DNA of 32,000 bases from Delftia acidovorans NBRC 14950 (GTDB lineage: Bacteria; Pseudomonadota; Gammaproteobacteria; Burkholderiales; Burkholderiaceae_C). The position numbers and the translations under genes were made by a program. This document shows, one piece after another, positions 1 to 8,290 of this stretch. The notes under the pieces are model-generated. The model saw nothing but the letters and a program-made list of their open reading frames with translations, was not told the origin of the DNA and made no database searches. The stretch spans positions 54,810 to 86,809 of the forward strand of contig NZ_BCZP01000024.1 of assembly GCF_001598795.1 (NCBI RefSeq), given 5' to 3'. The first letter of the stretch is position 1; each line of letters starts with the position of its first letter.

Positions 1-237
1 CGCGGTGTAGATCACCGGCAGCCGCTCGAACACCGCGCCCAGGCCCGCGCCCACCAGCAGCACCATGACCACCACGCCCATGGTGATGCCCAGCATGTGG
101 GGCACCGTGCGGCGGTAGCCGAAGCTGGCGCCCGAGGCCGTCAGCATCACATTGTTGGGGCCGGGCGTGACGGAGCTGACGAAGGAGAACATGGCCAGCG
201 GCAGCAGGAACGAGGTTTGGGCGGTATCGAAGGGCAT
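1..237 (-). CDS. LysE/RhtB-family amino-acid efflux protein, partial (C-terminal part lies beyond the window start)
   Basis: The reverse complement of 1-237 reads MPFDTAQTSFLLPLAMFSFVSSVTPGPNNVMLTASGASFGYRRTVPHMLGITMGVVVMVLLVGAGLGAVFERLPVIYTA. This is a hydrophobic N-terminus followed by the PGPNN motif typical of LysE/RhtB translocators. It is absent from the ORF track because it runs off the window. The start is the ATG at 235-237; an in-frame ATG at 250-252 is an alternative. Confidence 0.7.
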   Translation of the reverse strand, partial: MPFDTAQTSFLLPLAMFSFVSSVTPGPNNVMLTASGASFGYRRTVPHMLGITMGVVVMVLLVGAGLGAVFERLPVIYTA

Positions 238-317
238 GGTGGCAACAGGCATGACAGGGAATCCGGCGCCCTGTCTGCGCATGCCGCAGGCCGCGGCGCC
301 GTCAGGCCATGCTAATC

Positions 318-380
318 GCAGTTGGTGGCAGTTATCGGTACAGTAGCAGTACACTTTGCCAGAACAATTTGCCAACTGGC
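318..380. promoter_or_regulatory. Candidate operator repeats in the LysE / MocR divergent intergenic region
   Basis: There is a direct repeat TTTGCCA at 355-361 and 368-374. GCAGTTGGTGGCA (318-330) forms an imperfect inverted pair with TGCCAACTGGC (370-380). MocR-type regulators commonly bind direct or inverted repeats between themselves and a divergent target gene. Confidence 0.3.
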
Positions 381-388
381 CTGCCATC

Positions 389-1900
389 ATGACCCTGACA
401 CTTGATCCCGCCGCCACGCCAAATACACCGCAGGCACCGCGCGCATCCTCCGATACGGCTTTCCAGGCCGCTGCGCCCTGGCGTCCGCTGCGGTCCTCCG
501 ACCTCTCGCTGGTGGACCAACTGGTGGACCACTACGGCGGCCTGATCCGCCACCACGGCCTGCGCGCGGGATCGCGCCTGCCTTCCGTGCGTGCGCTGGC
601 GCAAGAGGCGGCCGTGAGCCGCGACACCGTGGTGCAGGCCTATGACCGGCTGGCCGCCCAGGGCCTGGTGCATTCGCGGCGCGGCTCGGGCGTCTTCGTC
701 AGCGCCCGGCGCGCGGCCCAGGCGGCGCCCCGGGCCAGCGATGCCCTGCCTACGCTGGAGCAGGGCGCGGCCTTCGATACCGCCTTTTTGCTGCGCAGCA
801 TGTTCCGCGAGGGCATGGAGCACTCGGGTGGCGCGGGCATGCTGCCGCCGGAATGGCTGGACCAGGAGATGCTGGCCTCGGCCCTGCGCGCCGTGGGCCG
901 CAGTACGGGCACCAGCCTGCTGACCTACGGCGTGCCCCAGGGCTACCTGCCGCTGCGCCAGCAGATCGCCTCGGTGCTGCAGGCCCAGGACGTGCCCGCC
1001 CACCCCGAGGCCCACCTGATGACCGTGGCCGGCGTCACCCAGGGCCTGGACCTGATCGTGCGCAGCCTGGTGCGGCCCGGCGATACGGTGCTGGTGGAAG
1101 ACCCCGGCTGGTTCCTCATCTTCGGCCGGCTCAACGCCCTGGGCGTGAACGTGGTCGGCGTGCCCCGCCTGCCCGGCGGCCCCGATGTGGAGGCGCTGGA
1201 GCGGCTGGCCCGCCAGCACCAGCCCCGGCTTTTCATCCTGAACACGGCCGTGCACAACCCCACTGGCCAGACCCTGTCGGCCGGCGTGGCCCACGAGGTG
1301 CTGCGCATTGCCGAGCGCCACGACTTCTACCTGGCCGAGGACGACACCTACTCCGACTTCCTGCCCGGCGTGCCCGTGCGCCTGGCCGCCATGGACCGGC
1401 TGCAGCGCGTGCTCCTGGTGGGCGGCTACTCCAAGACCCTGGCCGGCAGCCTGCGCGTGGGCTATGTCGCGGCACACACCGACCTGATACGGCGGCTGAC
1501 CGACCTCAAGCTGCTGGGCGGGCTGACCACGGCGCTGCCGGGCGAGCAGGTGGTGCACCGCGTGCTGGCCGATGGCCAGTACCGCAAACATGTGGACCGC
1601 CTGCGCGAGCGCGTGGACCGCGCGCGCAACCGCTGCCTGCGCATGCTCGAAGCCCTGGACTGCCGCGCCCCGCACGAACCGCAGGCCGGCATGTTCGCCT
1701 GGGTGGATTGCGGCGTGGACTCGGAGGTGCTGGCACGCCATGCCGCGCCGCAGGGCCTGCTGCTGGCACCGGGCCTGCTGTTTTCGCCCAGGCAGGCCGC
1801 GGGCAGCATGCTGCGCATTCCCGTGCCCATGGTGGAGCAGCCCCAGACCTGGAAGATCCTCGGCCACCTGCTGGCGCAGCACCGGGGCGGTGGTGGATGA
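389..1900 (+). CDS. MocR/GabR-type GntR-family transcriptional regulator with a PLP-dependent aminotransferase-like domain
   Basis: The N-terminal winged HTH is LPSVRALAQEAAVSRDTVVQAYDRLAAQGLVHSRRGSGVFV. It is followed by a roughly 350 aa class-I aminotransferase fold (YGVPQGYLPLRQQIA, NPTGQTL, and GGYSKTLAGSLRVGY carrying the PLP lysine). The track ORF opens with TTG at 356; the first ATG is 389 (MTLTLDP). Confidence 0.85.
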   Translation: MTLTLDPAATPNTPQAPRASSDTAFQAAAPWRPLRSSDLSLVDQLVDHYGGLIRHHGLRAGSRLPSVRALAQEAAVSRDTVVQAYDRLAAQGLVHSRRGSGVFVSARRAAQAAPRASDALPTLEQGAAFDTAFLLRSMFREGMEHSGGAGMLPPEWLDQEMLASALRAVGRSTGTSLLTYGVPQGYLPLRQQIASVLQAQDVPAHPEAHLMTVAGVTQGLDLIVRSLVRPGDTVLVEDPGWFLIFGRLNALGVNVVGVPRLPGGPDVEALERLARQHQPRLFILNTAVHNPTGQTLSAGVAHEVLRIAERHDFYLAEDDTYSDFLPGVPVRLAAMDRLQRVLLVGGYSKTLAGSLRVGYVAAHTDLIRRLTDLKLLGGLTTALPGEQVVHRVLADGQYRKHVDRLRERVDRARNRCLRMLEALDCRAPHEPQAGMFAWVDCGVDSEVLARHAAPQGLLLAPGLLFSPRQAAGSMLRIPVPMVEQPQTWKILGHLLAQHRGGGG

Positions 1901-2020
1901 GTGGATGACTGGATGGTGCAGCAACGCTGCCTGACGGGAGGTTGACGCTGCCGGCGCCAGGGCATGTAAGACATGGCATCGGGCCTCGGCGCCCCGGTAG
2001 CGCGCTGCTATCGTTCCGGG

Positions 2021-2818
2021 ATGACTATTGAGCTTGTCTTGCCAGGGGAGGCCGGCCGCAGAGCCGGGGTGAACGACAGCCGGCCCCGACCGGGAGGCGG
2101 CGCGGCGCGCCGCCTGGCGCCGGTGCTGGCGCTGCTGCTGACAGCGGGCTGTGCCGACACGCCCGCGCCGCGCGGCAAGGTGGAGGGTGCCTCGTTCGAG
2201 CCCAGCGAAATCGTGCAGTCCGACAGCAACCGCATGGCCACGCTGGCCATGAAGGAGAACCTGGACAGCCTGATGCGCATCATGGACAAGCTCTACCTGC
2301 GCAACCCGGCCGAATGGAAGAAAACCGCCGAAAGCCGCGAGGCCGCATCCGCCTACGTGCGCATTGCCATCACCGAGCGCCAGCCCTGGGCCGACCTGCA
2401 CGGTGCCCAGGACGTGGCCGCACTCTCGCTGGCGCTGCAGCCCGACTTCAAGGGCGACCGCGTGGCCGCCTTCGTCCATGCGCTGGCCGACACCATCATC
2501 ACCGCCCACGGCGGGCGCACCAGCTTCACCCTGGTCCATGGGCTGGACCCGCAGCTGATCTACAACGCCGCACGCAACGTGGAAGTGGCCAACTGGATAC
2601 TCAACTCACGGCGCAATGCCGCAGGCGGGCCGCTGCTGCTGTCCAACCACCTGGGCGACGACGCGCGCAACCTGAGCTTCGAGCGCGAGATGGGCAAGAT
2701 CATCGGCCGGCTGGACCTGATCGCCAACTACACCACCGAGCGCTACAGGCGCTCCTTCATCGGCTACGGGCAGGGGCTGGTGGCGGGGCCCTTCATGCAG
2801 TTCCTGCCCGTGCGTTGA
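2021..2818 (+). CDS. Conserved hypothetical lipoprotein
   Basis: The ORF is 1973..2818. The lipobox LLLTAGC is preceded by a positively charged region (GGGAARRLAPVLALLLTAGCADTP). I recognise no catalytic motif. The start is uncertain: ATG 1973, ATG 2021, or an internal GTG nearer the signal peptide. Confidence 0.6.
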   Translation: MTIELVLPGEAGRRAGVNDSRPRPGGGAARRLAPVLALLLTAGCADTPAPRGKVEGASFEPSEIVQSDSNRMATLAMKENLDSLMRIMDKLYLRNPAEWKKTAESREAASAYVRIAITERQPWADLHGAQDVAALSLALQPDFKGDRVAAFVHALADTIITAHGGRTSFTLVHGLDPQLIYNAARNVEVANWILNSRRNAAGGPLLLSNHLGDDARNLSFEREMGKIIGRLDLIANYTTERYRRSFIGYGQGLVAGPFMQFLPVR

Positions 2819-2827
2819 GGCGCGGCC

Positions 2828-5353
2828 TCAGAGCCTGTAGCTGAGCGTCACGGCCACCGAGCGCGGTGCCCCGTAGCGCGCCAGGCCCCCCGACCATGAA
2901 TAGCCAAGATCCTGGTAGTAGCGGCGGTCCAGCAGGTTGTCCACGCTCAGCTGCACATGGGCATTGGCATTGACCTGGTAGCCCACGCCCAGGCCCAGCA
3001 GGGCGTAGCTGCGCTGCGTGGTCTCGAAGCCGGTTTCGCGGCGGAACATCTTGCTTTGCGCATGCAGCGATCCGTACAGGCTCCAGCGCCCGTACTCGCC
3101 GGGCAGGCGATAGCTGGTGTAGAGCTTGAGCAGGTGCTGGGGCTCGTCGGTGCTCACGCGCTGGCCGATGTTGGTGGCAATCCGGTCCTTGGTGTAGCGC
3201 GCCCGCACATAGGTGTAGCCGGCCGAAACCTGCCAGCCGGGCTGCAGCAGTCCGGACAGCTGCAACTCCAGGCCATCGCTTTGGATCTCGCCCGCCGCGC
3301 GAAAGCAACTGATGGCGCCGCTGGTGGGGCAATTGGCATCGTCACGCACGGCACGGTTGCGTTGCGTGATGCGGAACACCGAGGCGCTGGCATGGAGTCG
3401 CCCTTCAAAGTACTCGCCCTTGGCGCCCAGCTCGTAGTTGGTGCCTGTCATCGGGTCCAGGGTGTTGCCCCGCACGTCCATCGAGCTTTGGGGCTGGTAG
3501 CTCTGTGTCAGGCTGGCATAGACCGAATGCCTGTCATCCACGTCATAGACCAGGCCCGCATAGGGAACGAACTTGGCACTCTCGTCCAGGCTGCGCTTCC
3601 AGTTGGGCGTGCCGGTGTACCAGCCCGTCGTGTCCTGCTCGTACCAGCCCAGACGCCCGCCCAGAATCAGGTGCAGCGGATCGGCCAGGCTGAAGTTGCC
3701 GCTGGCGTAGATGGCTTTTTCGCGCGTCTTGCGGCCCCACAGGTCGCCATTGGCAGGCACTGAGCCGGTCCAGGGCGCGGAGTAGGGATTCCAGTTCGCA
3801 ATGTCGACGATGCGCGAGGCCGACGACCCCCAGGTCTCGGCCGCACGCGAGCTGTCATTGCGGTAGCTGGCGCCCACGGCGATCTCGTGCGTGCGCCCGA
3901 ACCACTTGACCGGGCCCCGGGCGCGCAGGTCGGCCACGGTCTGGCGTGTGCCGTAGCGCCAGCCCGTCTCGGACTGCTCCAGCTGTGTGGTCGATCCCGC
4001 GAAGCGGCTGTTGGTGGTATTTCGGATGTCGGAATCGGCCTCGACATGGTTGATGCCCAGCTTGACCGTCCAGCCGTTGCGCAGGCGCTGCTCCAGATCA
4101 ACGAACACGCCATCGTTGTCGCGGTTCTGGAAAGACTCCGCGTTGTTGAGGAAGGTGGAGTGCGGCAGGTCCATGTGGCCGCCATCGGGCAGGGTGGGCA
4201 GGCCCGTGAACACGCCCTTGGTGCGCGTGCGCTGGCGGTAGGCGCCCAGGCCCAGCGTGGAGTCGGGCGTGAGGTCCGCTTCCACGATGCCGTACAGGCT
4301 GGCATTGCGGGTGTTGGTGACATCGACAAAGCTGTCGCTGTCGCGCCAGCCGCCCACCACGCGAGCGCGCACGCTGCCGCTGGCATTGAGCGCACGGCTT
4401 GCGTCCAGCGAGGCCTGGCGGTTGTTCCAGCTGCCCAGGCCCAGCGTGGCATTGAGCAGCGGCTGGGCCGTAGGGCGCTTGCGCACCAGGTTGACCGAGC
4501 CCGAAGGCGCGCCCACGCCATCCATCAGGCCCGTGGCGCCGCGCACCACCTCCACGCGGTCATACATCAGCAGGTCGGCCGAGACATTGCGCGAATTGAA
4601 GCCCGTCACGTCCAGCGGCAGGCCGTCCACATTCACATGCTCCAGCGCAAATCCGCGCGCGTAGAAGGTGGACTCCGAATCGGTCACGGCCGGATTCTTG
4701 GCGTACAGCCCGGGCGTGACCTTGGCAATGTCCTGCAGGGTGCTCAGGTGGAAGTCATCCATTTGCTGGCGCGTCACCACGCTCACGGACTGCGGCGTCT
4801 GGCGCTGCGACAGGTTCAGCCCCGTGGCGCTGGCCATGCTGGGCGTGGTGTATGAGCCCGTGCCTTCCGTGGCGCTGCTGCGCTCCGCATCGGCCGTCAC
4901 ATTGACGGTTTGCAGCGTGCTGGCGGAAGACGGTGGGGTGGGGCCTGCCGCAGCAGGCAAGGGCGCGGCAGCCTTCAGTGAAAAGCCTCCGCCAGGCTGC
5001 TGCACGGCTGCCACGCCGCTGCCCGCCAGCAGTTGCTGCAACCCGGCAGACACGCCGTGGCTGCCGGTCAGCCCGCCCGTGCGCAGGCCCGCCACCAGTG
5101 CCGGGTCATAGGACAGGCTGACGCCCGCTGCGCGGGAGAAGCGATCCAGTGCCGCATCGAGCGGACCTGCTGCAATGCTGAAATCGCGCGTGAGCGCTCC
5201 GGCCTGGCCTGTGGCCGTCTGCGCCCATGCTGCGCCTGCAGGCGCCAGGGTCGACATCGCCATGCCGATGACGGCGGCTTGCACAAGGGTGACAAGCGGG
5301 CGGGGACGCCACTGCGGTTGGCTACCGGGCCTGGGCGGGTGATGACGGGACAT
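2828..5353 (-). CDS. TonB-dependent siderophore receptor with N-terminal STN signalling domain (FecA/FpvA-type transducer)
   Basis: Evidence along the 841 aa protein:
- signal peptide ending AWAQ
- STN domain: FSIAAGPLDAALDRFSRAAGVSLSYDPALVAGLRTGGLTGSHGVSAGLQQLLAGSG
- plug motifs: TPQSVSVVTRQQMDD and RVEVVRGATGLMDGVGAPSGSVNLVRKRP
- a long beta-barrel

An AGGAGAA Shine-Dalgarno lies upstream of the ATG at 5353. Confidence 0.9.
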   Translation of the reverse strand: MSRHHPPRPGSQPQWRPRPLVTLVQAAVIGMAMSTLAPAGAAWAQTATGQAGALTRDFSIAAGPLDAALDRFSRAAGVSLSYDPALVAGLRTGGLTGSHGVSAGLQQLLAGSGVAAVQQPGGGFSLKAAAPLPAAAGPTPPSSASTLQTVNVTADAERSSATEGTGSYTTPSMASATGLNLSQRQTPQSVSVVTRQQMDDFHLSTLQDIAKVTPGLYAKNPAVTDSESTFYARGFALEHVNVDGLPLDVTGFNSRNVSADLLMYDRVEVVRGATGLMDGVGAPSGSVNLVRKRPTAQPLLNATLGLGSWNNRQASLDASRALNASGSVRARVVGGWRDSDSFVDVTNTRNASLYGIVEADLTPDSTLGLGAYRQRTRTKGVFTGLPTLPDGGHMDLPHSTFLNNAESFQNRDNDGVFVDLEQRLRNGWTVKLGINHVEADSDIRNTTNSRFAGSTTQLEQSETGWRYGTRQTVADLRARGPVKWFGRTHEIAVGASYRNDSSRAAETWGSSASRIVDIANWNPYSAPWTGSVPANGDLWGRKTREKAIYASGNFSLADPLHLILGGRLGWYEQDTTGWYTGTPNWKRSLDESAKFVPYAGLVYDVDDRHSVYASLTQSYQPQSSMDVRGNTLDPMTGTNYELGAKGEYFEGRLHASASVFRITQRNRAVRDDANCPTSGAISCFRAAGEIQSDGLELQLSGLLQPGWQVSAGYTYVRARYTKDRIATNIGQRVSTDEPQHLLKLYTSYRLPGEYGRWSLYGSLHAQSKMFRRETGFETTQRSYALLGLGVGYQVNANAHVQLSVDNLLDRRYYQDLGYSWSGGLARYGAPRSVAVTLSYRL

Positions 5354-5454
5354 GCTGGGTTCTCCTGGATGGAATACGGGAAAGGATTGAAGGACTCATT
5401 CCCAGGCCGTACAAAAATCCGGATCCCCTCACTTTTTCTGAAAAAAAGTGGAAA

Positions 5455-6447
5455 TCACTGGCCGGATGCCGGCCCCACATGAACCCACCAGCGCGTGCGC
5501 CGGCTGATGCTCACGGGCTGCGTCTGCGCGATGAGCTGCAGCACCTGCTCGGTCTGGCGCACATGGAAGGTGCCCGACAGGCGCAGGCCTGCCACGCGAT
5601 CATCGCAACTGATGTGCCCATGGCGGTAGCGCCCCAGTTCCGCCAGAAGGTCACCCAGGCGGATGGCCCGGCCTGCCATCACGCCATCTGCCCAGTCGTC
5701 CGCACCAAAGTCCGGGTGAGGTGCCGGGGTACTGGCATCGGCCGACAGCCACCACGGCGAGCCGGGCATCGCCGTTTGCCGTGCGGCGCTGTCGGCGGCC
5801 TTTGCAGGCGTCAGCCGTACGGCGCCTTCCTGCACGCTGACAAGGGCCCGATGCTTGTGCAGCCTGACCACAAAGCGCGTGCCCAGGGCCTGCAGATCGC
5901 CAAACGGCGTGCGCACCCTGAAGGGCCGGTGGCCGGGTGCAGTCTCGTCGGCGCCCGTGGTCACCAGGATTTCCCCACGGCTGAGCACCACCAGGCGCTG
6001 CTGCGGGTCCAGCTCCGTGCGGATGGCCGTGTCCGTGTTGAGCACGATGGTGCTGCCATCGTCCAGCCTGACGGTGCGCTGCTCGCCCACCGAGGTGCTG
6101 GCGCTGGCCAGCAGGCGCTGCCAAGGCGTGTGGCTGTAGGCCATCCAGCCCGTTGCCGTGGCGATTCCGGACAAGGACAGCAGCTTGAGGGCGCGGCGGC
6201 GCGAGACGCTGCGGGACTGGCGCATGCGCTGCGCTGCATCCAGCGTGTCCAGTGCCAGGCGTTGCGGCATGCGGCCAAAGTCGGTCCTCAGTGATTGCAC
6301 CCGATCCCAGGCCAGGGCGTGGGCGGGCTGCGCATGCAGCCATTGCTCGAAGGCCTGCCGTGTGGCGGGGCTGGGCGTGTTGAAGTCCAGCCGTACGGAC
6401 CACTGGATGGCTTCGTCGATCAGGCCGGGCGAAAGATCGCTGCTCAT
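5455..6447 (-). CDS. FecR-family anti-sigma factor / transmembrane sensor
   Basis: The N-terminal anti-sigma region is IDEAIQWSVRLDF. There is one predicted TM helix (LKLLSLSGIATATGWMAY) and a FecR domain (RTVRLDDGSTIVLNTDTAI, GEILVTT). The most likely start is ATG 6445-6447 (MSSDLSPG), which overlaps the sigma-factor stop as ATGA; the longer track ORF reaches 6570. Confidence 0.85.
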   Translation of the reverse strand: MSSDLSPGLIDEAIQWSVRLDFNTPSPATRQAFEQWLHAQPAHALAWDRVQSLRTDFGRMPQRLALDTLDAAQRMRQSRSVSRRRALKLLSLSGIATATGWMAYSHTPWQRLLASASTSVGEQRTVRLDDGSTIVLNTDTAIRTELDPQQRLVVLSRGEILVTTGADETAPGHRPFRVRTPFGDLQALGTRFVVRLHKHRALVSVQEGAVRLTPAKAADSAARQTAMPGSPWWLSADASTPAPHPDFGADDWADGVMAGRAIRLGDLLAELGRYRHGHISCDDRVAGLRLSGTFHVRQTEQVLQLIAQTQPVSISRRTRWWVHVGPASGQ

Positions 6448-6974
6448 GCCCCGAAGCGCAGTGCGTAGCAGTGGCGCAGGGCCGTGGCAATGTAGCGCTC
6501 GGCCGTGGCCAGGGACACGCCCAGTCGTTCGGCGATCTGCGGGCAGGTGAGTCCTTCCAACTGCGCCCACAGAAAGGCGCTGCGCACCCGGGGCTTCAAG
6601 GCATCCAGCATGCGGTCTATGGCGACCAGGGTTTCCAGGAAGATCAGCCGGCTTTCCGGCGAAGGGGCCTGCGCCTCGGGCATGAGGGCCAGGGTCTCCA
6701 GCCAGGCACGTTCCAGCTCGCGGCGGCGCCAGTGGTCCACCAGCAGGCCATGGGCAATGGTGCTCAGGTAGGCGCGGGGCTGGCGCAGGCCGGTTGCGTC
6801 AGGGCCGGGTTGGCGGGTGAGCAGGCGCATGAACACGTCCTGCGCCATGTCGGCCGCGTCGAAGGAGTCGCCCAACCGGCGCCGCAACCAGCCCTGCAGC
6901 CAGTTCTGGTGGCTGTGGTACAGGCTTTCCACGCTGGTTGCCGCCTTGGCGGACTGGGAAATCTGCGCGTCCAT
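6444..6974 (-). CDS. ECF sigma-70 factor, FecI-like (iron-starvation type)
   Basis: Region 2 is DAADMAQDVFMRLL. The region 4 HTH is LEGLTCPQIAERLGVSLATAERYIATAL. It is translationally coupled to the downstream FecR gene. The track ORF opens with TTG at 6998; the first ATG is 6974 (MDAQISQ). Confidence 0.85.
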   Translation of the reverse strand: MDAQISQSAKAATSVESLYHSHQNWLQGWLRRRLGDSFDAADMAQDVFMRLLTRQPGPDATGLRQPRAYLSTIAHGLLVDHWRRRELERAWLETLALMPEAQAPSPESRLIFLETLVAIDRMLDALKPRVRSAFLWAQLEGLTCPQIAERLGVSLATAERYIATALRHCYALRFGA

Positions 6975-7071
6975 GGAGCGTCCATTCAACGAATGCAATC
7001 ACGGGGCTCGTCATGCATTGCGAAGGGCCGGCGGCGGCTGCGTCCATGGCGTGAGCTAACGAGAAAGGCGT

Positions 7072-7102
7072 GATTATAGATTTGGTAATGAGAATGAATC
7101 GC
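7072..7102. promoter_or_regulatory. Fur-box-like sequence upstream of the ECF sigma gene
   Basis: GGTAATGAGAATGAATCGC (7084-7102) matches the 19-bp Fur consensus GATAATGATAATCATTATC at 13 of 19 positions by my hand alignment. It is preceded by a further GATTATAGAT hexamer-like stretch. It lies about 100 bp upstream of the sigma start, in an unusually AT-rich patch. Confidence 0.4.
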
Positions 7103-7174
7103 AAATGAGGCGCAGGCACAACCATTCGCACGCGGGCAGGCCGCGCGCGAGGCTGCATGTTCCGCGTCAGCCGT

Positions 7175-7504
7175 TCAGCTGCACAGAACGATGGTGACCA
7201 GAGCGGAGGTGTCTTCGATGGCGCGTACCGCATGCGCCATGTTGGCCGGCAGGTGCATCAGCTGGCCGGCCTGCAGGGACTGGCGGCTTTCGCCGAGCAT
7301 CACCTCCAGCTCGCCTTCCAGGCAGTGCAGGCTGACGCTGCCCGGCACCTTGTGCGGCGGCAGCGACTGGCTGGCGCGCAGCACCACGCGGATGACCTCC
7401 ATGTCCTGGGACTTGAACAGGGCGCAGGTCCGGGCGCCCGCCAGCCGCGCACCAAACGGCAGGACATCGATGGCTTGAGCGGTCAGTGCAAAGGGGGTGG
7501 CCAT
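7175..7504 (-). CDS. Cupin-domain protein
   Basis: The cupin core is PPHKVPGSVSLHCLEGELEVMLGESRQSLQAGQLMHLPANMAHAVRA. The likely start is ATG 7502-7504 (MATPFAL); the track ORF extends to 7555. Confidence 0.6.
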   Translation of the reverse strand: MATPFALTAQAIDVLPFGARLAGARTCALFKSQDMEVIRVVLRASQSLPPHKVPGSVSLHCLEGELEVMLGESRQSLQAGQLMHLPANMAHAVRAIEDTSALVTIVLCS

Positions 7505-7604
7505 GGCGGACCTCCGGGCGTTGGCGGGCAATACTGCCATTGTCCTCCGAAGCACCGCAATCCATCAACCGCAGCTGTGTGACAGCAGGGGCTTGTGCAG
7601 GGTC

Positions 7605-8057
7605 TCAGCCCGGCACGCTGGCCTCCACCAGCAGGGTCAGCAACTGCAGAGACTCCTGCCAGCCCAGGTGACAGGCCTCGGCGGGAATGACGGCGGGCAC
7701 GCCTTCCTGGGTCACATCCATTTCAGTGCCGCAGAACACCTCGCGCAGCGTGATGGTGGTGATCATCTCGCCAGGCAGTTGCGGGTCGTCGAAGCGGTCG
7801 GTATGGCGTACCAGCCGGCCAGGTTCCAGGTCCAGGAACTCCCCGCCGAAGCCGCTGCGCCCGCCCGTGGACAGATTGACGAAGGCCATGCGGTAGCGCC
7901 CGCCGACCCGGGCGTCGAACTCGGGCACCTCGCAGATGTAGCCGTGGGGCGGCAGCCATTTGGCCAGGGCAGCGGCCGTGGTGAAGGCCTGGTACACGCG
8001 CTGAGGCGGCGCCTTGAGGACGCGGTGCAGCCGGATGGTGTGGACGGTGTGTGACAT
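7605..8057 (-). CDS. SRPBCC-superfamily protein (AHSA1 / activator of Hsp90 ATPase homologue-like)
   Basis: The 150 aa protein shows patterns typical of this family: IRLHRVLKAPPQRVYQAFTTAAALAKWLPPHGY, VGGRYRMAF and GFGGEFLDLEPGRLVRHT. Confidence 0.7.
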   Translation of the reverse strand: MSHTVHTIRLHRVLKAPPQRVYQAFTTAAALAKWLPPHGYICEVPEFDARVGGRYRMAFVNLSTGGRSGFGGEFLDLEPGRLVRHTDRFDDPQLPGEMITTITLREVFCGTEMDVTQEGVPAVIPAEACHLGWQESLQLLTLLVEASVPG

Positions 8058-8151
8058 GCGGAACTCCTTGGCGTGGTGTCGTGCAAGGCTGCCAGCCTCG
8101 CACCGATGCAGTCCGTGTGCAAGAGGCGGGACCTGGAGGCTGAGGCGGGAT

Positions 8152-8210
8152 TCAATGATTCATAAATCGAATCCTTGATTGGTTTTAAAGAATTGGACTT
8201 GAATCATTGA
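8152..8210. promoter_or_regulatory. Perfect 11-bp inverted repeat in the promoter region of the Bug / CoA-transferase operon
   Basis: TCAATGATTCA (8152-8162) and TGAATCATTGA (8200-8210) are exact reverse complements. They lie in an AT-rich patch 80-140 bp upstream of the Bug gene ATG (8291). The left arm overlaps a T-N11-A type box, ATTCATAAATCGAAT (8158-8172). Confidence 0.35.
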
Positions 8211-8290
8211 CACCCGCACCATGGCGGCGAGCGCTGGACACACAGCGCCGCCTTCCATAGGAAACAGGATAGGAAACAGGAGACAAGCAA

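Noticed and set aside
332-2539. A 735-aa minus-strand ORF covering the MocR and lipoprotein genes.
   Set aside because: It is antisense to genes with clear motifs. Its translation is Ala/Gly/Arg/His-rich low-complexity text with no recognisable domain, which is the typical open-frame artefact of high-GC DNA.
5430-5450. The A/T-only inverted repeat CACTTTTT-CTGAA-AAAAAGTG, just downstream of fecR, considered as a terminator.
   Set aside because: The stem is almost entirely A-T, so it is thermodynamically weak. It is more likely part of the sigma-dependent promoter region of the receptor gene, and I cannot assign it.
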